From Tubiluchus corallicola (Eukaryota > Animalia > Priapulida), in contig JAQGDQ010000284.1 of NCBI GenBank assembly GCA_030141605.1, forward strand, positions 186,001 to 250,000: DNA of 64,000 nucleotides. The letters run 5' to 3'. Below the pieces are notes generated by a model that saw nothing but the letters and a program-made list of their open reading frames with translations, was not told the origin of the DNA and did not search any database. This document shows positions 52,896 to 64,000 of this stretch, piece by piece. The translations under genes were made by a program, and so were the position numbers. Position 1 is the stretch's first letter; every line of letters begins with the position of its first letter.

Positions 52896-55825
52896 AAAGT
52901 ATAATTAGTTATTTTCGTGCAGAAACAAAAATGGGTAAAATTTTCTTTAACTTGTTGTAGAATTTGCAATAGGTGAGTTGTTTGTTCTTACGTGTTGTGA
53001 ATCATATCATTATTAATTAACACAGACGAAGTTTATTGCACCTAATATCCGTCTATACCTGGGAGTAGGGTTTAATAATGCAGGTGCTACGAGTTATTTA
53101 TTGATTTCAAGCAAGTTAATTAATTTTAGAGCCGCTTTGTATGGCAACGGTAACTGCACTTTTAACTGATGACGACCAGCCTTTCAATACACGAAATTTT
53201 CTTTACCTGATGGTGGTTGAGTTTTTCTGGATGGTTGTCCAGTTGACAGAATGGCTAGATATTTGGTTGAATAGCTGTATGGTGGGTCCTCAAGCTTCAA
53301 ATACAGGGCTTCGAAGAGGGGCCCTTATTTCAAATAAAGCGCCTAAAACAGGCGCCCTTTCTCTCAAGTAAAACTCCTCAAACAGGGATCCTTTATCTCA
53401 AGTGAGAAGCCACTTTAAAATTGGATTTTCAGTCTTCCTGGCCTCCCTTTTTAAACTTTAAATTTTATCTTAAGTTATATGAATTATTCAACCATGCAAA
53501 GTTTTCCCCCCTTCCGAGCTCGAGGGGCTCTAGTCTATGCTAGCCTGTAGGGTAATCTAGCCCTGGTTATGCCAAGAAAACTCAAGCGAGTTCTGTTAAT
53601 ATCTGCAGTCTACAGTGTTACTAGACAAACGATTAGCTTTGTGTTAATAAATTACATTACTTGGAGAATAAGCTTAATAAAATGGATTTTTTTATTACTG
53701 ATGCATTCTGGGATCCACCATCAATGACGTCATTGTAGCTTTTTTGCCATTACCTCGAATTACTAAGAAATATCTTTTTGCTACTATAGTAACCCGAACC
53801 ATTTAAACAAATAAAGTGCCAAGAAAGTACTAACTACGATAGATTTTTAAAAAGATTTTTAAATTTGCTAATATTTCTCTTTAAAGATAACTCGACCTTA
53901 AAGTTTTAAATGTAAAATTTGGGTCAAATTTCAGTATCTTCTGACACAAGAATACTGTATTTTTTCTACGTCAGACCTCATTAAAACCGAAGCTTATTGA
54001 AACTTACAATGAAAAGCCTCATCAATCATATTCCCCATATAAGGCTGTCATTTTTTAATTTGACTCGTGCACTGAGCTTGGCATTTAATTCCTGGTTAAT
54101 TTATCTGCCCTGATTTCAAATAAATATGCAAAGAGATGTCTACAAGAGATATAAATCCCATGTTATTTGGACGTAAAATAAAAACTCCACTCTGTCATGT
54201 ACTTGTCGTTTCAATTACGACTTTGTCTCATGTCATTAGTGAACGTTTCTGTTTAAAAAAATAGTCCAGACCAAGTTTTGGGTTGCTGCTAGCATATGTT
54301 GTTTTTTGATCACGTGGAGACTAGAGAAATGGTCTAAGGAACCAATTTCAATGACCATCTTGCTCTGCCCATTGGTCATGCAGGAGCGAGGTTCAAGACG
54401 TATTTAATAACTCGTGCACCAGACAGATTATCTCGTGCACCAGCAGTGGTCCGTGTGGGTGCTGGTTCAGAAAATTTTTAGCTATTGCTTTAATAAATAG
54501 GCCTACTGTGTGAAACGAAACAAGAGTGTAATTTTATGTTATAATTGTAAATTTAAACAAACAAACGTACAAAAAAGTATACACACCAGGGAGGAAGAGA
54601 GGGGGTTCCTGTTGTCTGGGCAACTCAGGATCTCCATACACCTTGCCCAGGCATGCACCCTGGAGACGTTCAAGGATCGGACTGCTCAGCTATAGTCGAC
54701 GCTGCAGCTCCATCAATGTGATCAATAACTGACTCTCTTGGCGCACACTCCATTGTCTTCCGAGACAGAAGGATGCCAACATATGTGCTTTTTAAAGAAG
54801 GCCTAATCTTTAAGCTCAGCATTACTATAGGAATATGAAAAACTTAAGGGGTAAAGATAATAGCAGACTTTATAACGAATTGTAAGATTGTGAGAAAAAT
54901 TGTAAACGCTTGCACATTGAGAATTCCAAAGTTATGCTACTATGTAAATAACAGTCAAGTAAATTTAAGATTTAAATATAGTTGTACTGTAGATCTAAAC
55001 TAAAATGTAAAATTAAAGGTTAAGAACTCATTTAAAGATTATGTTTTAAGATATCTATTACAGCTCCTTACAACACTGTATAATGTAATATAATTACAAG
55101 GGAACTACAATGTGTGGTTATTATAAAGTTGCATGTCTGTAGATATGTTACTTTACTAACACCGCATTACCTGTTTTACTAACATCTTTATCTTTGTAAA
55201 CTGTATATTTTTATACGAAATAAACTCATAATAATAATAAGCCATAGTTTCTTACTGTATCTAACCTTTCGCTAACTACGAATCAAAACACGTTAAAAAA
55301 TTGAAGTGAATAAAAATTCCATTTTGCTGAGCCCTCCTACTGCGTAAGACGATAAATTTTCTAAACATGTCATTGGAGAATAGAGTCCGGCTTATTCATT
55401 GTGACGGACACGACTGCAAAACTGTCTTTATTTTATAATAGAGGCATTAAGTGAGTCGTAAAAATGGTTCCTTTTTTCTCAAACAATTTAGGAAAAAAAG
55501 CAAAACTGTTAAAGTCCGAATTTATTAATAGAATTGATGTCCCTTTGTACGAAGTCTTAATCAAATCGAACGTGAAACATTAAAGTAAAACAGGACCCAA
55601 TCTTAAACTACAGCACAAAACAATGTACAATGTAAAATACAGGAAGGAACATACTCTTTTTTTCAAGAATGACTTGCGTGTCACTGATTAAAAGTACGTG
55701 AGTTTACAGCTAGTTAGAGATTAATTAATATTCGTCACTGGTAAAAAGTCGTTGCAGTGTGTTAGTGCTGAAGTGTTTTAATCTTTCTGCGCAAAATCTT
55801 AATATGTAATACTACCTCAGAAACG

Positions 55826-56422
55826 TAATTTCGTGTTCGCGTCACTAGTTCTTTGCTGTTACATTCATTTCGCCATTCGTTAGTTAGATAGGTACTAACA
55901 CCGGCATCTTGGAAACACGTTGCCCAAAAAACAGATGTTATACCTTTCAGTTCAAAGATGTTCGGTTGTGACGTAGTGCACTCATTCAAGAGCTCATGCG
56001 TGAGCACAGCAATAAATTTGAAATTTGAATTTTAAACCTAAATTTGCCGAGCTTTTGAATATTCTCAGCCTTAGTAGTTGAAACTATATTTCTGTATAAC
56101 TCTGAGCTCTGGACATTAAAAGCAAATCATTAAGCTGAAATCGATACGTTTAAAAAGCGAAATTACAGAAACATTTTGGGTATTAGATGGCCAAAGAAAA
56201 TTTCAAACAAAGATCTATATGAAAAAATAAAAGAAGAACATTGGACAAGAAAAATAAAAAGACGCCCTTTAAGATGGATTGGGCATATGCTTAGACTACC
56301 TGATGATATTCCAGTGAAGATAGCTCTTCAACAAGCCATAGAACCAGCTAAAAAACCTGCAGGAGGACAAATGTTAACATATTTAGATTTTGCACAGAAA
56401 GATTTAAACACTACAACACTGA
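55826..56422 (+). mobile_element. Family B repeat fused to RTE-like LINE 3' segment (paralogue of 39627-40140)
   Basis: 55908-56422 is highly similar to 39627-40140; ORF GIRWPKKISNKDLYEKIKEE. Confidence 0.85.
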
Positions 56423-56456
56423 ACATGATCATGTCCTTGGACGTATAATTCATTGG

Positions 56457-56508
56457 ATGATGATGATGATGATGATGATGATGGTGGTGCTGATGATGAT
56501 GATGTTGT

Positions 56509-56554
<46 letters not shown>

Positions 56555-56561
56555 AATGATA

Positions 56562-56611
<50 letters not shown>

Positions 56612-56615
56612 AATG

Positions 56616-56705
<90 letters not shown>
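56457..56705. repeat. (GAT)n grading into (AAT)n
   Basis: Direct reading. Confidence 0.96.
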
Positions 56706-56707
<2 letters not shown>

Positions 56708-58028
56708 CATCAACCAATGAACATTAATGTGCGGAGTTTCCACGTAGTTTCTAAATAATTATAATCAGTATTTAAAAAGCCGTACCTCCTTACCACCAAT
56801 CTCACGCCTAAATTCTGTGTCCAGTTGCTTGACGCATATTAAAAAAAAACTTTCTTTACCGGTAACTAACCTAACACACTACAAAGACTTTTTACACTTG
56901 TCGAATATTAATTAATCTCTAACTAACTGCAAACTCACGTACTTTAAATGGGTGACACACAGTCTACTAGTCCTTACCTGTGACGAATATTAATTAAACA
57001 GTTCCCACCTGTAATCTACCTGTATGCGCTCACAATGCAAGCCGTATGTTTTCCCCTCTGGCTGTCCTAGCACGGTTCTCATGGGAATGGACTTAGCAAT
57101 GTGAAATGACCTAAGCTGCATGTAAACCCTATAAGAAATATTCCGTACGGTGAGGAACTGGGGAGGGGGGTACACGCAATTAATACATCTGCGATGTATC
57201 TGATAAAACAAAATGTCAGACGTCTGTATGCTGACGTAGAACTAGACAATAAATTCAAAATAACAATGACTTTTGCACACGCGCGAGCAATGTCGGTTGT
57301 CTACAGTTATTCCAGCATAGATAAGGGAACGTAACTAAGTGAATTTAAATTTCGTATTACTAGTAAGTCACATGTCTTTAAACAGAGGTATAATGTATCC
57401 TATGGTGGTCAGCATAACCACAAATTATGCTGTTTACTAATGAAACACGGCGGTTTATCAAAAGTAATTTACGAATTATGGTGGGGGCAATTTTTTACCC
57501 CCCGGTTACCAAAATTGGTTGTAAAAAATCGTGACCCTATAAGAGTTAAAGTTAAACTAACCCATTGCTTGCTGCTTGTTACATTTTCCCATGAGCCAAA
57601 CTACAATCTCAAGGTAGATTACATTCATTCTCATCTGTAAGTGTTAAACACACAGCAGGTATCTACCTGTCATGTCTTTACCTATGTGAGCAATGCCTCT
57701 TCCCTCTAGCCATTTACAATTCTTTATCTGAGGAAATCTGATACGGTTTGCTTATTAAATGGCGTGTAATATTTCTTGTTAATACACGTTTAGTTATTAA
57801 ATTTTGTTTAGCCTTTGGCTAAAAGTGGTTATTTTCCCATCAGAATGACCGGAGCGAAGTGCCGAGTTCTTTATTGGGTTTTGCTTGAAGAGTTCAAGTC
57901 AGTTCTTCCGAAAACAGACGCTGTGAGCGTTTATCAAACTGAAAATAATCTATTTTTAGAAAACTACTACTTTGACAGGTCATTTGCTACGTCATTTTCT
58001 AGCATTGTCTGTTTATATATATATATAT

Positions 58029-58143
58029 ATTACTTTTGATAAACCGCCGTGTTTCATTAGTAAACAGCAACAGCATAATTTGTGGTTATGCTGACCACCA
58101 TAGGATACATTATACCTCTGCTTAAAGACATGTGACTTACTAG

Positions 58144-58147
<4 letters not shown>
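58029..58147 (-). repeat. Inverted copy of 57356-57468 embedded in (TA)n
   Basis: Near-identical reverse complement with a 6-bp indel; (TA)n on both sides. Confidence 0.9.
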
Positions 58148-58216
<69 letters not shown>

Positions 58217-58489
58217 ATCTTTATTTGCCATTAAAATACATTGATAATCAGCGATAAAAACTTTACAGAGATGATGAATCAGTGTTAGTTAATAAAAACT
58301 TACACTGCTAAAGACAAATGCGTCAGTGCAATCTAAACTACTGTGCAGTAATGGAAAGTAACGACGAATAAAATCAAACGTATTTACAACTATGCACAAA
58401 AATGAAAAAATTATTATTTAATTAATATGGCCGTGGATACATGAATTCTGAATTAGTGTGTATGTTGTCGTGCTGGTGTGATGGTATTT

Positions 58490-58665
58490 CATATCTGGTT
58501 AATATTAGTGATTTTAATTTTGTTTTAAATGCTGATTGGGACCTGATTTGTTTAACCTGTAATGGTAGAGAATTCCAAAGTAGAATTGCTTGCTTGATTA
58601 CAGAGTTCGTTCCATAGTGGGTATTTGTCCTAATTTGTTTTAGATTGCTCGTTCTGGAATTGACG
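58490..58665 (-). mobile_element. L2/CR1-group LINE 3' remnant
   Basis: NSRTSNLKQIRTNTHYGTNSVIKQAILLWNSLPLQVKQIRSQSAFKTKLK. Confidence 0.75.
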
Positions 58666-58707
58666 ATAGGATTCTCACAAAGGTTTTTGAAAACAGTAGA
58701 CTTTCTC

Positions 58708-59100
58708 TTGAAACCAAAGTCCGGATCCTTTCAACTTTAGTTGAACCTGATGAAACAAGCTGATCTTTGGACAATCAGGTTAAACAGCAGAAGGAAATTG
58801 ACGTTTTTCAAAGACAACTCTATAGAAAATTTCTAAGAATTAGGGGCCTGACAGAATATCCATTCGTGATCAGTACGATGTGGTCAAGAATGATCTTTAG
58901 AGTATTGGAAACAAATACAAGTAAGAAGACTGCATTGGATTGAGCATGCACCAAGATTAAATGACCTGACCGAATATCCAATGATGATCTGTATGATGTG
59001 GTCAAGAAGAATCCTTGGAATAAACAAATACAAGTAAGAAGATTGCATTGGATTGGACATGCACCAACATTACCTCAAGAGTCTCCTCTTTCTATAGCAT
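58708..59100 (+). mobile_element. Degenerate RTE-like LINE remnant with ~120-bp internal duplication
   Basis: ETKVRILSTLVE...EIDVFQRQLYRKFL...PDRISNDDLY...RRLHWIGHA; same region and clade as 39777-40020. Confidence 0.7.
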
Positions 59101-60162
59101 TACGTAAAACTCCTGAAACGACAAAAAGCCGAGAAAGGATCAGCTACTGATGCATATAGATATACTGCGTAACATAACATACTAGAAATAAAGAAGAGTT
59201 GAAATAAACGCAGATGAGTTTGAGCTGAATTAACCATTTTACCTGGATAGGACACTTTGAGGACTGAATTTTGATTTTGTAAGTCCATGGGCTACAGGTA
59301 CTGTGTGGCCCCAACCCACAGTGAGAATTAGCAAAAGCATGAATGTTGGATTCTTCAAATCAGTTTATTCAACTTATGCCACCTAATACCAACATTAGAC
59401 ACACATTGATGGGTGCAAGCTCAACACAGCAAAAAGAGAATAAATATTCTGATATTTGCAACATTAAAATGAGGTTTTGAATTATTAAATATAGTACGTA
59501 CAAATTACAATAATTAAATTACTAGTATTTTAACGTGTATCATAAAATATACTTTTATTAGTACAAATTAGCTTTTTTCACCAAATAACCAGTAATTGTA
59601 ATCAAAATTGCTAGTGTGGCAGGACCAGTAAGTTGGAATAATGGACAAGAAAAGAATTCCAGTGTATTATTATACAGTATATTAATGAATTAAGCCGTTT
59701 TTAAAAACATAATTCAGCAAACTTCTACTCTCATTCTGTAGTAACTTTTCACAGAAATTTAATTTCACTTAATCACTGGAGGCCCCTCAGCTGACGGAGG
59801 CTCCTAGGTTGCAGTTCATGTCTTAATCTGGTACTGAGTCTGTGTAAGAAAGCTATTCCTGTCAGATACAGCAGAGAACAAACTCTATTAAACTTTTATA
59901 TCTTCCTACGTCGTCCATCCTTCATTTTAGACGTAAGACCATGAACAATGTCGACAGGTACATTCACCTGCGATGCTTTTTCATACAGGTAGAACCACGT
60001 AGAACAGATGATGTAAAATGATTAAATATGCATGCAGTAATGTTACCTGTACCTTCAACCTGTTGTGAGTACAATAATTTAATTTGCTAGGAATATTTTA
60101 TGACGATAATGCTATTGTGAAGCCATCACGCCAATAGATAAAATTAAATTTTTCATGCAGGT

Positions 60163-60478
60163 AGTTCATTGAGTGTCGTTCATCCCACGTTGAATCATCT
60201 TCCACGAATGTTTGGTAGTGAACAATAATGTTACAGAAAGCGAACGTACTAGGTTATTCCCTTTCATATAATATTAGTGACAAGATGTACGGAACTTAGG
60301 TAAATTAAGTAAGATCATCAGTTCATTGAGTGTCGTTCATCCCATGTTGATTCATCTTCCACGAATGTTTGGTAGTGAACAATAAGGTTACAGAAGGCGA
60401 ACGTACTAGGTTATTCCCTTTCATATAATATTAGTGACAAGACGTACGGAACTTAGGTAAATTAAGTAAGATCATCAG
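60163..60478. repeat. 157-bp tandem duplication
   Basis: agttcattgagtgtcgttcatccc at 60163 and 60320. Confidence 0.92.
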
Positions 60479-60869
60479 CAACTGGAGTTGGTTCCACCAC
60501 CAGAGGAATTCGTCTGATTTACCTGCGTCTTCCTTCAATGTCTAATAAACAGTTTTCGATAAACTAAGAGTGCTCTTTAGTGCAAACTGTCTTCTTATAA
60601 TGATAGTTTTCTGACACTTTTAGCTGCCTAGTTTAAAATGTAGTTTACTTACCCTTTAACACTTAAAATTGCTCAACATATAATTATTTTATTTACCATA
60701 TTTATTTATTAAAGTATCCATGGCTACAAAAAATTAAATGCATAAAATATCAAAATATGTACGATAATAAACAAGAGAGGTTAAAATGGACACGTGACAG
60801 GCATAAAGAGTAAAATTACTACATAATCATGACTGCAGAAACACAAATGATTTGAAAAGTCAATTTTTA

Positions 60870-61160
60870 TAACTTTTTGACTAAATAATTTACTGGAGGC
60901 TGCATTTTACAGTGGAGACCCATTTAGGAAGGGAATTCCAGAACTTAACAGCTGTATTAACAAACTAATGTAGAGCTTCAGAACGATTTACATAAAGTCT
61001 GTGGCAATGAACCCTAGAAATTCTAGGAGCAAGGGTAAAAAATTCATGTCTAACTAAGTCACTATCCCTATAAATAATTGTGTAGCACATTTTTAGATCG
61101 TTATGAATTCTTTTTTCCTCTAATGGCAACATATTCAAAGCTAAAAGTCTGTTATGAATT
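60870..61160 (-). mobile_element. CR1-like LINE 3' remnant
   Basis: RLLALNMLPLEEKRIHNDLKMCYTII...FF...then FWNSLP. Confidence 0.75.
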
Positions 61161-61919
61161 GAAAACGACTCATGCAATTTCAAAGAGAAAATGGCAAGAT
61201 ATGCCTTTTAAGCGATAGCAATTTTAAATGTGAATAGTCAGTGATAAAGGAAATTTTAATTAACCTTGCTGACAAGGAATTTCTGCGCCTGCGCGTAGGT
61301 GTAGGTGACTACAGTATCGCACAAGGGCTATTATTGTGAGCATGGGTGAAGGGACTTGGAAAAAAATCAAGAGGTCTGAAGTGTCACGTGTGCCCATTGT
61401 TATGCGCATTCCAATGCGTAGATCCCTCTATTCACAGAAGAGATACCTGGACTAAGCGAGTTTCTGTCATTATTACCCTCTTCTCAACATAATCTGAACG
61501 TGTACTGAGTGTAATTAGGATATGAAGGATGAAGTTACCTGTTTACTTTGAATGATGTTAAGACCAAACTTGCAAGCTAAGCAAATACCTTACAACTGTG
61601 CAGGAATACATGTAGGCTTGGAGAACTGTATGTATACAGCACTCTGGAAGCTTCATAAGTTACCCTTTTCGAATGAAGTAATGGAATACGCAAAGAAAAA
61701 TCTGATGGCGTCATCATAATTGCCGACATCGTCATCTTCATTATTATCAGTATCGTAATTGTTATACAGTTTTGATTAATGTAGAAAAACCTTTTGTTTG
61801 CTGATTAATTTAATAAATTTATTTTGGAAAACTCTCAACTCAAAGTCAACAGAATAATAAAATCCAAAAGCCCTGCCTAGTCGCATAGGGGTAAATATGT
61901 TTATTAAAAAAAATAGGAA

Positions 61920-62295
61920 TGGTTGCTAGGGAGACTGAATACTAGGCAATAGGGTTGCTACGTGACGTGGCTCTAACGACTGGTTACTAAGTGACAAGGT
62001 TGCTAGGTGACGTGGCTCTAGTTGACTGGTTACTAAGTGACAAGGTTGCTAGGTGACGAGGCTCTAGCTGACTGGTTGCTAAGTGCCAAACTTGTTAGGT
62101 AACGAGGCTGTAACTGACTGGTCACTAAGTGACAAGGTTGCTAGGTAACGAGGCTGTAACTGAATGGTTGCTAAGTGACAAGGTTGCTAGGTGACGAGGC
62201 TGTAACTGACTGGTCGCTCAGTGACAAGGTTGCTAGGTGAAGTAGTTGCTAAGTAATTGGTTGCTAGGAGACAGTGTGCTAAGTGATAGTTTGCT
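61920..62295. repeat. Minisatellite of GGTTGCTA(A/G)GTGAC subunits
   Basis: Direct reading. Confidence 0.88.
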
Positions 62296-63092
62296 GTAAA
62301 TGTTTCATGAGTTCTGCACCCTTAATTACATCACTAGATTTCTCTGCAACACTATTCGATAGAAATAGTTTAACCCTTCATGATGCTAATTAAGTTGTTC
62401 AATTAAAATTACTTTCATCAAGTACGTTTTGCTACATTAAATAGATTAAAATTAATTTCGCAATTTTTATTAATTTCGTAATATTAATAATTTTAATCCA
62501 CGAAAAAATGGATCCAAACTCTATTATTATTGCTGTCATCATGTTCATTACAGTTTGAATGGTCATCATCATCAGCATCATCATCATTGTCTTTGTCACC
62601 ATCCTCATCATGAAACGCCCAATTTGAAGAAATAATGTTCTCTATAATCACTAGCCTATAGGTTGCCTACATTAAAAACATGTCATAAAAGGCTTACTGC
62701 TGCTACAAAAGAACAAAAATATAGGTGCTGGCATGCTAGTAGTTAAGTTTCTCTCCGACCTAGTGCGCATGCGCCGTTGACCAGTCTAATTCTCACGCTT
62801 GAAAGTACACTTGGACAAGCAAAAACACTCAGGCTGATGAAGAATCAGATAGACTCTAACCTTGTTTACTGATTAATAAGTGAATCAGACGAACTGTCAA
62901 GAGAATTTGGCTTAATTGCCTTACTATTGCTTCAGTCCAGCACGCTAATTTACCGTTTCATATCTAAACTTATTTTAGTACAGCCGAAACATTTATATCT
63001 GTAGACGAAAATAATTAAATTTTAACTGTTAGAAGACAGGCCAAGTCTTCTGTGAAGTCAGACTTATTTGAATATTAGGGGAAATGGGGGAA

Positions 63093-63555
63093 GGATTTAG
63101 TAATAAAAGTGTGATAATTACTAGTAAAATCACTTTAACGTCACGATCATTTCACGCTAGAGCGCTCCCATTTTGAAAGGACATTCTTCCACCGGTGACG
63201 TCATTCATCGAGCGAATGAAAGCCGCACACTTTCAATCTCCGTCAAAAGTATTATATGTTTCTACAAAAAAAGTTATACAGCTAATTTTGCGATATTTTT
63301 GCTTCAACATTAGGTAAGCTGCAGAAGTTTAATTAGTTTAAGCAGCGCACGCTTACGGAAAGTCACGATGAGTTTACGAAAAGTTACGAAGTCCAACACT
63401 TACGTCAGAAATTTTCAAGCGAATGGCTTCTTCCTACTGGGCCTGAAAATTTCTGTACACCGGTAGTATAAAATAAACTTTGCTTATGTGAACAGCTTAG
63501 CAGCAAATTTCTTTGTTTATAGTTTTCTAAGTTTAAGTGAATACAGTAAAATAAA
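63093..63555 (-). repeat. Dispersed repeat family C copy
   Basis: Reverse-complement similarity to 14557-15000. Confidence 0.7.
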
Positions 63556-64000
63556 CCCTACATATATAGGTTTTACACGTCAAATGTAGGCACAGGAAAG
63601 TTCAAATGTGACTTAGGTAAGTCAAATGTAGACATAGGAATTTCGAATGTGTTTTGGTAACTCAAATGTGACTTAGGTAAGTCAAATGTAGACATAGAAT
63701 TCTACGTTTTTTGTCAATGTTTTACAAAAAATGTCGGCAGAAAAGAATAAATCGGTTCCCACTTGCCAATGAACAGTGAATCACTAATTAGTTTTTTAAG
63801 TAATGCATTAGCACTGCATTAATGAATTAGTTTCTCTCAAGAAACATTGCTTATTTTAAGAATGTATTGTTTTCTCTAACAGTTCCAATGGTATGTAAAG
63901 TTTGCAGAACATTAGTGAAGTATTAGTAGTCCTATAACGTTGTTATTTTAACTTAAGAGCAATTATTAAATTGAAATTAAAGATTAAATTTAACATCCTT

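Noticed and set aside
56328-56758. Poly-H/Y/D/N ORFs
   Set aside because: (GAT)n/(AAT)n microsatellite.

Overview
AT-rich, repeat-dense animal (probably invertebrate) genomic DNA, not prokaryotic. The only host coding sequence I can support is three short + strand exons (13624-13711, 38048-38218, 49826-49980). They splice in frame into a C-terminus matching my recollection of INO80: ILIVDE, AT-hook-like RGRPKGS, AGAQAG..SAALAAYGY, LHMT, stop. Introns are >=13.6 kb, 24.3 kb and 11.6 kb. The rest is introns and downstream DNA filled with microsatellites, minisatellites, MITEs (hAT-like with 8-bp TSDs, a deleted pogo/Tigger element, a four-copy TIR family), LINE remnants, tRNA-like and 5S rRNA-derived SINE-like sequences, a Penelope-like pseudo-LTR and several local inverted or tandem duplications. 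Most long ORFs in the supplied track are microsatellite artefacts. I see no clear evidence of a wholly new biological system. The best leads are a 5S-headed SINE3-like element with a tandemly amplified tail, an AG|GTAAG site behind a CpG-rich block in the long intron, clustered CAGGT(A/G) motifs, and rearrangements whose mechanism can be read from the sequence. All homology calls are from memory of family motifs; no database search was run.
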